Positions 7,840-18,226 of a stretch of 64,000 bases of DNA are shown here, one piece after another. Within the stretch, counting starts at the first letter, position 1; each line of letters begins with the position of its first letter. The notes below the pieces were generated by a model, which had not been told where the DNA came from, searched no databases, and was given only the letters and a program-made list of their open reading frames with translations. The stretch comes from an uncultured delta proteobacterium. Its GTDB lineage: Bacteria; Myxococcota_A; Polyangia; Polyangiales; JAFGIB01. The DNA lies in the NCBI GenBank assembly GCA_963778655.1, contig CAVZVA010000005.1:224001-288000 (forward strand), written 5' to 3'. A program made the translations under genes and the position numbers.

Positions 7840-10332
7840 ATGCTCGCTTCGCACACATGGCTGCAGGAGCTGACCGGGCTCGCGCTCGACCCGGCCGAGG
7901 TTGCCGCGCGCCTGACCTCGGCTGGCATCGAGGTCGAGTCCGTGCGTCGCTGCGGCGACGAGCTGGAGCGCGTGGTCGTGGCCGAGGTGCGCGGGCTGCG
8001 CGCCCACCCCAAGCGCGACAAGCTGCGGCTGGTCACGGTGTCCGACGGGCGTGGAGAGCACGAGGTGGTGTGCGGCGCCCCCAACGTACCGCCGCCGGGC
8101 GGACGCGTGCTGCTCGCGCAGCTCGGCGCCCGGCTGCCCGGCGGGCTCGAGATCGTCGAACGCGAGCTCGGCGGCGTGGTTTCGCGCGGCATGCTGTGCA
8201 GCGAGCGCGAGCTCGACATCGGCAGCGACGAATCGGGCATCGTCGTGCTCGAGTCGGAGGTGTCCGCGGCGCCGGGCGCCCCCGCGGCGAGCGCGCTCGG
8301 CCTGCGCGACACCATCTATGAGCTCTCGCTGACGCCCAATCGCTCGGACTGCCTGGGTCACGTCGGGCTGGCGCGCGAGCTGTGCGTGCTGTTCGACGCC
8401 GCCTTCAGCATGCCGCGCCCCGCACCCGCGCCGCGGGTCAGCGCCGGCGCCGCCGGGCAGTGGCCGCAGCGCGAGCACGTATTCGACCTCGGCCTGGGCG
8501 CCGCCGTCTCGGGCGAAACGGCCGCGGGCCTCGCTCCGGTGCGCGTCGACATCGAGGCCGGCGAGCGCTGCCCGCGCTACGGCGCCGCTCTGGTGCTCGG
8601 CGTACGCGTGGGGCTGTCGCCGTTCTGGCTGCGTCACCGCCTGCACCGGCTGGGGCTGCGCGCGATCAGCAACGTGGTGGACGCGACCAACTACGTGCTG
8701 ATGCTGTTCGGCCATCCCATCCACGCCTTCGACTACGACCGCCTGCGCGGCTCGCGCATCGCCGTGCGGCTGGCGCGGAAGGGCGAGCGGATGCGCACGC
8801 TCGACGGCGCCGAGCACACGCTGAGCGACGACGACCTGTTGATCTGTGACGGCGAGGGGCCGGTGGCGCTGGCCGGCGTGATGGGCGGCGCCGATTCGGA
8901 GATCGGTGCGGGAACCGCGCGCGTGCTGATCGAGTGCGCGTACTTCGATCCGCGCTCGGTGCGCAGGACCAGCAAGCGAACCGGCCTGCACACCGACTCC
9001 AGCCATCGCTTCGAGCGCGGGGTGGACTTCGGCGCGGTGCGCACGGTGCTGGCGTGGGCCGCATCGTTCACGGCGCGGCTGTCGGGCGGCGCCGTGGTCT
9101 GCGACGCGCTCGACGTGGTGGCCGCGCCGTTGCCCCACCACAGCATCCACCTGCGCGCAGCCCGCGTGGCCGCGCTGCTCGGCGCGGAGGTGCCCGAGGC
9201 GCAGGCCCGCAAGCTCCTGCTCGGGCTCGGCTGTGAGCTAAGCGCGGCGCCCGGCGGTTTGCAGGTCGAGGCGCCCAGCCACAGGCCCGATCTGCTGCGC
9301 GAGATCGACCTGATCGAGGAGCTTGCACGGCTGCAAGGCTACGACCGGCTGCCGAGCGCGCTGCCGCGCATCGTGCCGTCGAGCGAGGGCACGCCGCCGC
9401 AGATCGGCCTGCTGCGCAGGCTGCGCGCGACCACCGCCGCCGCTGGGCTCGACGAGGCCATCAACTACGCCTTCGTGTCGCCGCGCGAGCTGCAGCAGGC
9501 GCGCGCGCCGGAGCTCGCCGTAAAGCTGCTCAATCCGCTCTCGGAGGAGCGCTCGGTGTTGCGCACTTCATTGCTGCCGGGCCTGGCCGCGAACCTGCGC
9601 CGCGCGCAGCACCAGCAGCAGAAGAGCTTTGCGCAGTTCGAGTTGGCGCGCGTGTTTCGGCCGCGGGCCGGCGAGCTGCTGCCCGACGAGCGCCTTCAGC
9701 TGGGCTTGCTGCTGTGGGGCCAGCGCCGGCTCTGGTACGCCGAGGGCGAGAGCTTCGACTTCTATGACGCCAAGGGCGCGGTCGAGGCCGCGCTGCGGCC
9801 GCTGTGCGGGCGCGCTCCGGAGACGCGGCTCGACCCCGAGCTGATGCGCGATGCGCCCGAGCTGCACCCGCGTCGCGGCGCCCGACTGCTGCTTGCCGAC
9901 AGGTCGATCGGCGTGCTCGGCGAGCTCCACCCAGACGTGGTCGAGGCGCTGGAGCTGGAGGGCAGGCCGGTGTGGGCCGCGATCGAAATCGCGGCGGTGA
10001 TCGAGGCGATGGCGGCGCTCGGCCCGACCCGGGCGGTCGCGCTGCCGCGCTTTCCCTCGGCCAGCCGCGACCTAGCCGTGGTGGTGGCCGAGGCAACGCC
10101 TGCCGGGCAGGTCGCGGCCACGCTGCGGGAGGCCGCCGGCCCGCTTGCCGAGGCGGTGACCGTGTTCGACATCTACCGCGGCGATCCGATCCCTGCGGGC
10201 CACAAGAGCCTGGCGTTCCACCTGGTGTACCGCGACCCCGAGGCGACCCTCACCGACAAGGTCGTGGATCAGCTGCACGCCCGGGTCGCGGCGGCCGCCG
10301 AGCAGTCCTTCGGAGGCTCGGTCCGGCGCTAG
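7840..10332 (+). CDS. pheT: Phenylalanine--tRNA ligase beta subunit
   Basis: VCGAPN, SRGMLCS, TPNRSDC, RFERG, RPDL, LRTSLLP, FDIYRG. Confidence 0.96.
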   Translation: MLASHTWLQELTGLALDPAEVAARLTSAGIEVESVRRCGDELERVVVAEVRGLRAHPKRDKLRLVTVSDGRGEHEVVCGAPNVPPPGGRVLLAQLGARLPGGLEIVERELGGVVSRGMLCSERELDIGSDESGIVVLESEVSAAPGAPAASALGLRDTIYELSLTPNRSDCLGHVGLARELCVLFDAAFSMPRPAPAPRVSAGAAGQWPQREHVFDLGLGAAVSGETAAGLAPVRVDIEAGERCPRYGAALVLGVRVGLSPFWLRHRLHRLGLRAISNVVDATNYVLMLFGHPIHAFDYDRLRGSRIAVRLARKGERMRTLDGAEHTLSDDDLLICDGEGPVALAGVMGGADSEIGAGTARVLIECAYFDPRSVRRTSKRTGLHTDSSHRFERGVDFGAVRTVLAWAASFTARLSGGAVVCDALDVVAAPLPHHSIHLRAARVAALLGAEVPEAQARKLLLGLGCELSAAPGGLQVEAPSHRPDLLREIDLIEELARLQGYDRLPSALPRIVPSSEGTPPQIGLLRRLRATTAAAGLDEAINYAFVSPRELQQARAPELAVKLLNPLSEERSVLRTSLLPGLAANLRRAQHQQQKSFAQFELARVFRPRAGELLPDERLQLGLLLWGQRRLWYAEGESFDFYDAKGAVEAALRPLCGRAPETRLDPELMRDAPELHPRRGARLLLADRSIGVLGELHPDVVEALELEGRPVWAAIEIAAVIEAMAALGPTRAVALPRFPSASRDLAVVVAEATPAGQVAATLREAAGPLAEAVTVFDIYRGDPIPAGHKSLAFHLVYRDPEATLTDKVVDQLHARVAAAAEQSFGGSVRR

Positions 10333-10592
10333 CCCTGCGCTAGCCCTGGGGTCCGCGTGCGCGCGATCGCCGGGGCTGATCCGGCCGCGGCCCGATCCCG
10401 GGCGAGGCGGGTGTCTGGGCCCAAAGTCTAGGCGCCGGGCCGCCGGGCGCCACACGCTCGCTCGCAGGGGCTCGGCGCGGGCCCTGCAAGGTGCGCCCAA
10501 GTAGGCGGATTCAGCGGGCTTTTTGCCATGGCGGCCTTGTGCTCCCGGAAGCCTTGTGGTTGCATGGACTGAGCACTGAGAGGGAGGCATCG

Positions 10593-10940
10593 ATGACCAA
10601 GGCCGAAATCATCGATTGCGTTTACGAGAAGGTGGGCGGGTTTTCGAAGAAGGAATCGGCAGAGGTGGTCGAGGCTGTCTTCGGCACCATGAAGGAGACG
10701 CTTGCGCAGGGGGGCAAGGTCAAGATCTCCGGATTCGGCAATTTCGTCGTCCGCGGCAAGAAGCAGCGCATCGGCCGCAACCCGCAGACTGGCGAGCCGA
10801 TCCCGATCAGCGCGCGCCGCGTGCTGACCTTCAAGCCGAGCCAAGTGCTGAAGAACGTGCTCAATCCGCAGAAAGTCGCCGCCAAGAAAAAGGCCGCCGA
10901 GGCGAGCAAGCCGGACACGGACGTCCAGACCGCAGAGTGA
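10593..10940 (+). CDS. ihfA: Integration host factor subunit alpha
   Basis: MTKAEII, VKISGFGNF, GRNPQTG, ISARRVLTFKPS; canonical position after pheT. Confidence 0.92.
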   Translation: MTKAEIIDCVYEKVGGFSKKESAEVVEAVFGTMKETLAQGGKVKISGFGNFVVRGKKQRIGRNPQTGEPIPISARRVLTFKPSQVLKNVLNPQKVAAKKKAAEASKPDTDVQTAE

Positions 10941-11028
10941 GCCGCGGGCGGGAGCGACGGGCTGGAATTTCCGGCGGGGGCTGCCGGGAGTGAAAATGGC
11001 GTAGTATGGCACGGGCTACGCGCGTGCC

Positions 11029-11487
11029 GTGATCGACTCGCAACTCCCAGACAGGCTGTTCTTCAAGATCGGCGAGGTCGCCCGCATCGTGGGGGTCAAG
11101 CCCCATGTGCTGCGCTACTGGGAAGCCGAGCTGCCGGCGCTGCGTCCGATGAAGACGCGCGGCTCGCACCGCGTGTACCGGCGGCGCGACGTGGAGCTGG
11201 CAGTGCTGGTGCGACGCATGCTCCAGGACGAGGGCCTGACCATCGCCGGGGCCAAGCGGCGGCTGCGGGAGCTCAACCGCGACCGAGTCTCGAGCGAGCC
11301 CGATCCGGAGGCGGCCCAGCGCGTGAGCCTGCGCGCCGACATGTTGCAGATCCGGCGCGAGCTCGCGGACTTGCTCAAAGCGCTCGACGCGCTGCGCGCA
11401 CCCGACCGAAGCCAGCCGCCCCGTTCGGCCAGGGCCACCGTGACCTCGGCCGTGCCCAGCAGCGTGCCGATCCGCAGCCGGCGTTGA
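11029..11487 (+). CDS. MerR-family HTH regulator (ihfA-associated)
   Basis: [22 protein letters not shown]...HRVY; conserved ihfA-merR-tRNA-Pro synteny. Confidence 0.9.
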   Translation: MIDSQLPDRLFFKIGEVARIVGVKPHVLRYWEAELPALRPMKTRGSHRVYRRRDVELAVLVRRMLQDEGLTIAGAKRRLRELNRDRVSSEPDPEAAQRVSLRADMLQIRRELADLLKALDALRAPDRSQPPRSARATVTSAVPSSVPIRSRR

Positions 11488-11628
11488 GGGGTAGGTTCGG
11501 GGTACGGTGCGGGCACGCGTCGGGCGCATGTTTGGAGGCGTGACGCCGAGGTCGATCGTCGCGCTTGCCCCTTGCCAGCGCCCGCGGACGGTGTAAGGTC
11601 CCTTGCCCTCCACCGCGGGGGCACTGGT

Positions 11629-11706
11629 CGGGGCGTGGCGCAGTCTGGTTAGCGCACTAGACTGGGGGTCTAGGGGTCGCTGGTTCGAATCCAGTCGCCC
11701 CGACCA
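11629..11706 (+). tRNA. tRNA-Pro(GGG)
   Basis: cggggcg/cgccccg acceptor stem, anticodon arm ctaga-ctGGGgg-tctag, encoded CCA. Confidence 0.96.
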
Positions 11707-11848
11707 AACTTTTAATTCGGGAGTTGCGACTCCCGGTCGTCGTGCACTGTTCGCGAGGCTCGCTACACTGCGTCTTCTTCAGCCGCGCCGAGCGCCGGCC
11801 CGTGCAGCGCGGGTCACGCAGGCCGGGCGCGGCGTGGCGGCTGTCACC

Positions 11849-12610
11849 ATGACCGAACGTCCGATTCTGTTGCTCACCAATGACGACGGCGTGCAGGCCA
11901 CCGGGCTGCGCACCTTGCGCGAGGCCCTGCTGCCGCTCGGGCACGTGGTGGTGGTGGCGCCGACTCACGAGCAGAGCGCAAGCAGCCACTCGATCACCAT
12001 CGACCGGCCGCTGCGCCACATCGAGCACGCGACCGACGTGCACTCGATCGACGGCACGCCCGCCGACTGCATCTACCTGGCGTTGTTCGAGCCGCGCTTT
12101 CTGCCCAGGCGTCCGGACCTGGTCGTGTCCGGTGTCAACCACGGGCCCAACCTGGGCACCAGCGTATTCTACTCGGGGACCGTGGCGGGCGCGCGCGAGG
12201 CGGCGCTGCGCGAAATCCCGGCGCTGGCGTTCTCGCACGCCGGGGACGCCGACGCGCCGTTCATCGGCGCGCTGGTGCGGGATATGACTGAGCGCATGTT
12301 GAGCGCCGAACGGCCGCCCGGCCACGGCATGCTGCTCAACGTGAACTTCCCCAAGGACAAGCCGCGCGGCATCCGCGTGACCCGTGTCGGCCGTCACGTC
12401 TACGAGGAGCGCGTGATTCCGCGCTTTGACCCGGGCGGCCGCGAGTACTTTTGGATCGGCGGCCGCGTGATCGACTACGGCGAGGTCCGGGGCTCGGACA
12501 AGCAGACCGTGGACGAAGGCTACGTGTCGGTGACCCCGCTGGCGCTCGAGGCGACGGCGCGAGACAACGAGAACATCGCGGCCCGGGTGGCCGGTCTGAC
12601 GCTGGCGTGA
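11849..12610 (+). CDS. surE: 5'/3'-nucleotidase SurE
   Basis: LLTNDDG, DGTPADC, SGVNHGPNLG, YSGTV. Confidence 0.95.
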   Translation: MTERPILLLTNDDGVQATGLRTLREALLPLGHVVVVAPTHEQSASSHSITIDRPLRHIEHATDVHSIDGTPADCIYLALFEPRFLPRRPDLVVSGVNHGPNLGTSVFYSGTVAGAREAALREIPALAFSHAGDADAPFIGALVRDMTERMLSAERPPGHGMLLNVNFPKDKPRGIRVTRVGRHVYEERVIPRFDPGGREYFWIGGRVIDYGEVRGSDKQTVDEGYVSVTPLALEATARDNENIAARVAGLTLA

Positions 12611-12636
12611 GTGGCCGGCGAGCCAAGGAGCCCAGC

Positions 12637-13167
<531 letters not shown>

Positions 13168-13524
13168 ACGCGCTGCGGCCCAACCCGGAAGTCGACCTCG
13201 GGCAGCGGGCCTGGGCGGCCGCGCGGTTCAGCACGGACGAAGCGAAGGCGCTCGGCCTGCTGTTCAAGCACCTGGTGCACGCCTCGCGCCGCGGTCTGCG
13301 CCGCGCCCATCGAATGCAGGAGCGCATCCGCGGCGAGCGTGCCGTCGGAGAGGCTGCGGGCTTGCTCTCGCCGCTCTGGTCGCTGTGGCGTCGCCGCAGC
13401 ATCGGGGTATCTACTCGCCGCTCCGCACCCCCCGCGTTTTCGCAGGCCCGCGGCGCGCAGCCGAGGCGCCGGCCGCTGCTCGGGCAGGCTCGGCGCCCCC
13501 GGCTGCGCGGCTGCACGTCGCGAC

Positions 13525-14052
13525 TCAGCTGTTATGGGCGGCCTTCCATGCCTTGGGCATGAGCGCGGGGACTTCGTGCTGCTCGATGCCGCGCGCGAGC
13601 CTGGGCAGCACGTCGCTGAGGTAGGCGACCGGATTGACGTCACACAGGTCGCAGCTGGCCAAGATCGAGAACGCGATCGCGGCGCGCTCGCCACCGGCGT
13701 GCGAGCCGGCAAAGAGAAACCCGCGGCGCGCGATCGCCGGCCTGCGATGCAAGCGCTCGACGAGCGTGTTGTCGATGGGCAGCGCGCCGTCATCGAGGAA
13801 GCGACCGAGCGCGATGTGGTGGTTCAGCATGTAGCCGATCGCCTGAGCGATCGGTGTCTTGGGTGGCTCGTGCGGGCGATAGGTCCGGCACCACGCGAGC
13901 AGCTCGTCGTAGATCGGCCGCGAGCGCGCGCGGCGTAGCGCCGTGCGCTCATCGACGCCCAACGCTTGGCCAAGCTCTTCGATCTCATGGAGCCGCTTGA
14001 ATGCCGCCAGCGGCAGCGCCGCGCGTGTATCACCGGCGTCGAGCGCTTGGAG
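13525..14052 (-). pseudogene. IS66-family transposase (TnpC) C-terminal remnant, 5'-truncated
   Basis: ALDAGDTRAA...AIGYMLNH...FLDDGALPIDNTLVER...R.FLFAGS.GGERAA...VNPVAYLSDVL is the IS66 C-terminus. Similarity stops abruptly at the 14041-14095 repeat. Confidence 0.88.
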
Positions 14053-14095
14053 GGGGACGGTCCTCGAGCGCTTGGAGGGGGACGGTCCTCGATAC
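14039..14095. repeat. Left end motif of the HUH-transposase element (GGGACGGTCCTCGATAC) with a 25-bp tandem duplication
   Basis: gagcgcttggagggggacggtcctc occurs twice (14041-14065, 14066-14090). 14079-14095 is the exact reverse complement of 15301-15317. Confidence 0.9.
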
Positions 14096-14141
14096 ATCGA
14101 TTGTTGTGTTGGTGGGGCGACCGTGGTAGGCGAGGTGCTGG

Positions 14142-15260
14142 ATGCCGCGAACTGCGCGCGTGAGGTTGGCTGGAGGGGTGTTCCATGTGGTGTCGCGGTT
14201 TGCGCGGGACCAGTGGTGGCTGGACCGAACGGGTGCACGAGAGGCGTACATGGAGCTGGTCGGGAAGGCTGTGGGACGCAGCGACACGGAGGTGCTGGCG
14301 TACTGCTTGATGTCCAATCACGTGCATCTTGTGCTGGTTCAGGGCGAGGCCCCGCTCGAGCACTTCACGAAATCGGTGCACACGGGATTCGCGACTTGGG
14401 CTCGGCGGAGTTGGCGGGGCAACAAGGCGCTGGGTCCAGTGTTCGCGGGGCGGCCACGGACGCTGCTAGTTGATCGCGAGCAGTACCTGTTGGAGTTGGT
14501 GCGGTACGTGCACAACAACCCAGTGCGAGCGGGTTTGGTGCGAGCGGCGCGTGCCAGCGCATGGTCGAGCCATCAGGCGTACGTGGGACGCGCGGTGGCA
14601 CCCGAGTGGCTGCGGATGGGCCACGTGCTGGAGCGCTTCGGTCGGGACCCGGTACGTGCGGCGGCGAAGCTCGATAGGTTCGTCGACGAGGGTCGCAAAG
14701 AGCCGCGGCGCCCGGAGCTGAGTGGCTCCGCGGACGCCGGGGAGGCGGCGGCCGTGCGTAAGGCGCTGGGTGACGGGTATCGCATGAGCGATGGGATCCT
14801 GGGTGGCGAAGCGTTCGTGGCGCGGGTGACCGCGGACGCGGAGAAGGTCAAGGCGGCGCTGTCGGGTCGCGGCGCGGAGCGGCGCGCGGGTCCGGTGGGT
14901 CGGCCCAGCGTGCGCGAGGTGATCGACGCGGCGCTGGAGCTGTTGGATGTCGACCCGATCGAGCTGCAGGAGCGTCCGCGGGCGAGGGGTCCGACGCATG
15001 CCAAGCGTTTGGCGATCTGGGTGTGGCTGCACGAGTACGGCGGCCAGCAAGTGGAGCTGGCACGCGCCCTGGGCCTGGACACCGGGGTGGTGAGCTATCA
15101 CTACGGTCGGGCGATGACGACGCCAGCAGAGCTCGACGAGCAAGCGAGCGCGCTGACGGCGCTGGTCTCTGGTCGCCGCCGTCCACGTGCGCGCACCAAG
15201 ACCAAGGCCACGGCCGATGCGCTACTGGTGCGGTATCATGTGGACGTGCAGGAGACCTGA
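14142..15260 (+). mobile_element. REP-associated/IS200-like Y1 HUH tyrosine transposase (RAYT-like) with C-terminal DnaA-C/TrpR-like HTH
   Basis: MPRTAR...FHVVSR, YCLMSNHVHLV (HUH), RYVHNNPVRAG (catalytic Tyr), WSSH.AY, C-terminal VELARALGLDTGVVSY. Flanked by inverted 17-bp motifs. Confidence 0.9.
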
Positions 15261-15470
15261 CGCGTGCTGGCGGGGGGAGCGAGAAACGTAGGTTATCGAA
15301 GTATCGAGGACCGTCCCTATTTTGCTATGCGCTACTGGTGCGGTATCATGTGGACGTGCAGGAGACCTGACGCGTGCTGGCGGGGGGAGCGAGAAACGTA
15401 GGTTATCGAAGTATCGAGGACCGTCCCTATTTTGCTGAAGTATCGAGGACCGTCCCTATTTTGCTATTTT
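15217..15470. repeat. Right end motif (GTATCGAGGACCGTCCC x3) with nested tandem duplications of 110 bp and 29 bp
   Basis: 15217-15326 equals 15327-15436, and 15408-15436 equals 15437-15465. All units end in ...ccgtccctattttgct. Confidence 0.92.
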
Positions 15471-15701
15471 CAGGCTGCGGACCCCACGTTCGCGCGTTTG
15501 GTGGGCCACCGACACGGCGCGCGGCCCGGGACCCGCTGCGACCGAATCGCGCACCGTTCTGGCGCCGGCTGGTGTGCTATTAGTCGACGCCTCGAAGCGC
15601 GAGCACGCACTGCTTGTTGCGCCATCGAAAGTAGCCGAAAGCGCAGCCGTAGGATCTTTGATGGAAGGCGAGTTTGGTGTAACTCGTTGAAAATATAGGA
15701 T

Positions 15702-15775
15702 GCTCCCGTAGCTCAGCTGGATAGAGCAGTGGCTTCCTAAGCCATTGGTCGCAGGTTCGACTCCTGCCGGGAGCG
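15702..15775 (+). tRNA. tRNA-Arg(CCT), CCA not encoded
   Basis: gctcccg/cgggagc stem, tagctcagctggatagagc D-arm, anticodon gtggc-ttCCTaa-gccat, ggttcgactcc. Confidence 0.95.
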
Positions 15776-16307
15776 CTGAGAATTCAGCTGGTTAGGGTGG
15801 AGCAGCGGTGGCGGGGCCGGAGCGTGGCCCCCTGGATTCGCGCGAAGGACCACTGGCGTCTCGGCGCAAGAGCCCGCCGCGCCCCCGGCTCACGGGGTGG
15901 GAGTCGCTTGGGGAGTCACCGCATCGACCTCGAGGGCGCAGATGCCATCGGTGTGAACTGCCAAGTAGTACGCACCCGCCCGAGGGTAGAACGTCTGCCC
16001 CTCGCAATTGCAAGTGACCGTGATGATGCGTCGTGTTTCGGTCCGTTGCGATTCGCCCGAACAGGCCGCAGCGCCGAACGCGCTCGCAAGGTGCCGATCG
16101 CAGGTGATGTAGTCGTCGCCCACTTCGACCGGCGCGCCGAGCATGTGTTGCTCCGCGTTGGCCGCATCACGACTGCGTGCTTGAGCTGACTTCGCAGACT
16201 TGCGAGCAGCTCCTCGGTGCGAGCACGACCGAGCACGATCGCTTTCACGCATTGCGCCTGAGAGGCTGGGGGTGTTGAATGCCCGGTGTCTGCCGAGGAG
16301 ATTGCCG

Positions 16308-17054
16308 ATGAGTCGCACCCAAGTTTCAATCGCGACCCCGGATGGGGAAGCCCGCGCCTTCGCATTCAAGCCCGAGCATGGAAGCGGTCCCTGGCCGGGA
16401 ACGATCATTCTGATGGACGCGCCGGCGATCCGACCGGCCCTGTTCGAGATGGGCGAGCGCCTGGCGGCAGCCGGCTATTTCGTCCTGTTGCCGGACCTAT
16501 TCTGGCGCGCGGGGCCCTATCCCAAGCTGGACATCGTCGCTGCGCGTGCGGGCGACGCGGTGCAGGTGGAGCTGTTCACCAAGCTGCGCGGGAGCACGGG
16601 CGTCACGCGACAGATGACCGACGTGAAGGCTTGCCTGGACTTTCTGGCCAAGGACCCAAACGTGACCCAGGGAAGGGTGGGAGTGACTGGCTACTGCATG
16701 GGCGGCGCGATCGCCCTGCGCGCTGCCGGAACCTTTCCGGATCGAATCGGCGCAGCCGCCTCCTTCCATGGCGGGGGCATGGCGACCGACGACGCGCGCA
16801 GCCCGCACCTGCTGGCGCCCCAGATCAAAGCCAAGGTATTGGTGGCTGCAGCGAGCGAGGACCGCAGCTTCGACGAAGCCCAGAAGGAGCGGCTCGATGC
16901 GGCGCTTCGTCAGGCCGGCGTCGACGCAAAGGTGTCGATCTGGCAGGGCTGCCGCCACGGCTGGGTGCCGCCCGACATGCCGGTCCACAATCCCGAAGGT
17001 GCCGAGCGTCATTGGCGCGAGCTGATAGCGTTGTTCGACAGCGCCCTCAAGTAG
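16308..17054 (+). CDS. Dienelactone hydrolase family protein
   Basis: GYCMGG nucleophile elbow, ASFHGG, ED, HGW (Cys-Asp-His triad). Confidence 0.9.
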   Translation: MSRTQVSIATPDGEARAFAFKPEHGSGPWPGTIILMDAPAIRPALFEMGERLAAAGYFVLLPDLFWRAGPYPKLDIVAARAGDAVQVELFTKLRGSTGVTRQMTDVKACLDFLAKDPNVTQGRVGVTGYCMGGAIALRAAGTFPDRIGAAASFHGGGMATDDARSPHLLAPQIKAKVLVAAASEDRSFDEAQKERLDAALRQAGVDAKVSIWQGCRHGWVPPDMPVHNPEGAERHWRELIALFDSALK

Positions 17055-17249
17055 CGCGCGCACCGCAAACGTATCATCGTGACGGCGCCGGCCTGGGCCG
17101 TAGCGCTGTAGGCGATCTGCGTGCGCATCGTGTTCTTTGCCTGCTGAGCCAATGGGGCCAATCCTTCCGGCGCCGGTGTCCTCGGCACGAGACCAGCTTC
17201 CCCTCGGTCGCGGGTGGGGACCCGGACTAGATAGCGACCGGCCTCGCAA

Positions 17250-17745
17250 CTACTGCGCGAGCTGCCGCAGCGCGCCCGGCGTGCGGTCGTCCACCGCGCC
17301 GGTCTCGGGAAGCGCTTGCCGTTGCTGGAAGAGCTCGAGCGCGGTGCGGGTGCGATTTCCCAGGTCGCCATCGACAGGACCGGGATCGATCCCTTGGTAC
17401 TTCAAGTACAGCTGGGCTGCGCGCACCCGGATGTCGGGCGTGCCGTTGGCCGTGAAGCGCCGGAACCGATGCACGCTCAGGCCGTTCTCGTCCGAAAGGA
17501 TGTCCGCGAAGAAGCTCCCGGCAGGGCCGTCGTCCGGGCTGTTTTGATGGCGAGCCGAGGCCATGCGCGCGATGTCTCGGTTGTCGATGATGTGACCGGC
17601 CGAGGTCGTGGCCGGTCAGGGCGTACGCGGCGATCCAGCTTCCGAGGATCACCACGGTCCACCACCAGAGCTGAACGCGGCTCAGGTTGTAGGGTTTGGG
17701 AGAGAGCGTGCTGTCGTCGCGCAACGCGTCCTTGTCGATCAACAC
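17250..17745 (-). pseudogene. Frameshifted chimeric remnant: membrane-protein fragment joined to a peptidoglycan-binding domain fragment
   Basis: One frame reads PYNLSRVQLWWWTVVILGSWIAAY. A second frame continues FFADILSDENGLSVHRF and then jumps to AQLYLKYQGIDPGPVDGDLGNRTRTALELFQ...TGAVD (PG_binding_1-like). Confidence 0.55.
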
Positions 17746-17790
17746 CCATCCGGCGCCCAGAGGAGACGAGCATGCTCGAGCCGGGTCCGT

Positions 17791-18198
17791 TCAGGCGCCG
17801 GGGACGGAGTCCTCGTCGCGTAGCTTCCAGGGTGGGTTCAGCCGGTTGCCGCCGGCGTGGTAGAGGCACAGGGCGTGACCGTCGGGGTCACGCAGCCGGG
17901 CCTCCCGCCAGAGATAGGGCATGTCGACGGGGGCCTGCTCGAACAGGATGCCTCGGGCCGTGAGCGCGGCCACCGTGTCGTCGAGCGCGTCGCACTCGAG
18001 ATAGAGGATCGCGCCGGTGGGGGACGTGACCGGCGACTCGCCGGTCACCTCGAGCGACAGCGTGGCGTCGCCCTCCGGCAACACGAAGCGGGCATAGCGC
18101 GGCGGGGCGTCCACGATCTGGCGCAGGCCGAGCGTGCGATAGAAGGCCTTTGAGCGTTCGAGCTCCGCGACCACCAGCGTGACGTGATTGAATCGCAC
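17791..18198 (-). CDS. VOC/glyoxalase family protein
   Basis: FNHVTL, SKAFY, LRDPDGH. Confidence 0.88.
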   Translation of the reverse strand: MRFNHVTLVVAELERSKAFYRTLGLRQIVDAPPRYARFVLPEGDATLSLEVTGESPVTSPTGAILYLECDALDDTVAALTARGILFEQAPVDMPYLWREARLRDPDGHALCLYHAGGNRLNPPWKLRDEDSVPGA

Positions 18199-18226
18199 GG
18201 GAGACTGCGTGGCTCGGGCCCAGTGG

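Noticed and set aside
10326..10348. 11-bp tandem duplication gcgctagccct at the pheT stop
   Set aside because: Too short; most simply a slippage event with no evident function.
13168..13524. Gene or ncRNA between apt and the IS66 remnant
   Set aside because: No convincing ORF, RBS or recognisable RNA fold; at most degenerate repeat-like sequence.
15217..15465. CRISPR-like array
   Set aside because: The intervening sequences are exact duplicates of adjacent DNA (including the transposase 3' end), not unique spacers, and no cas genes are present in the window.
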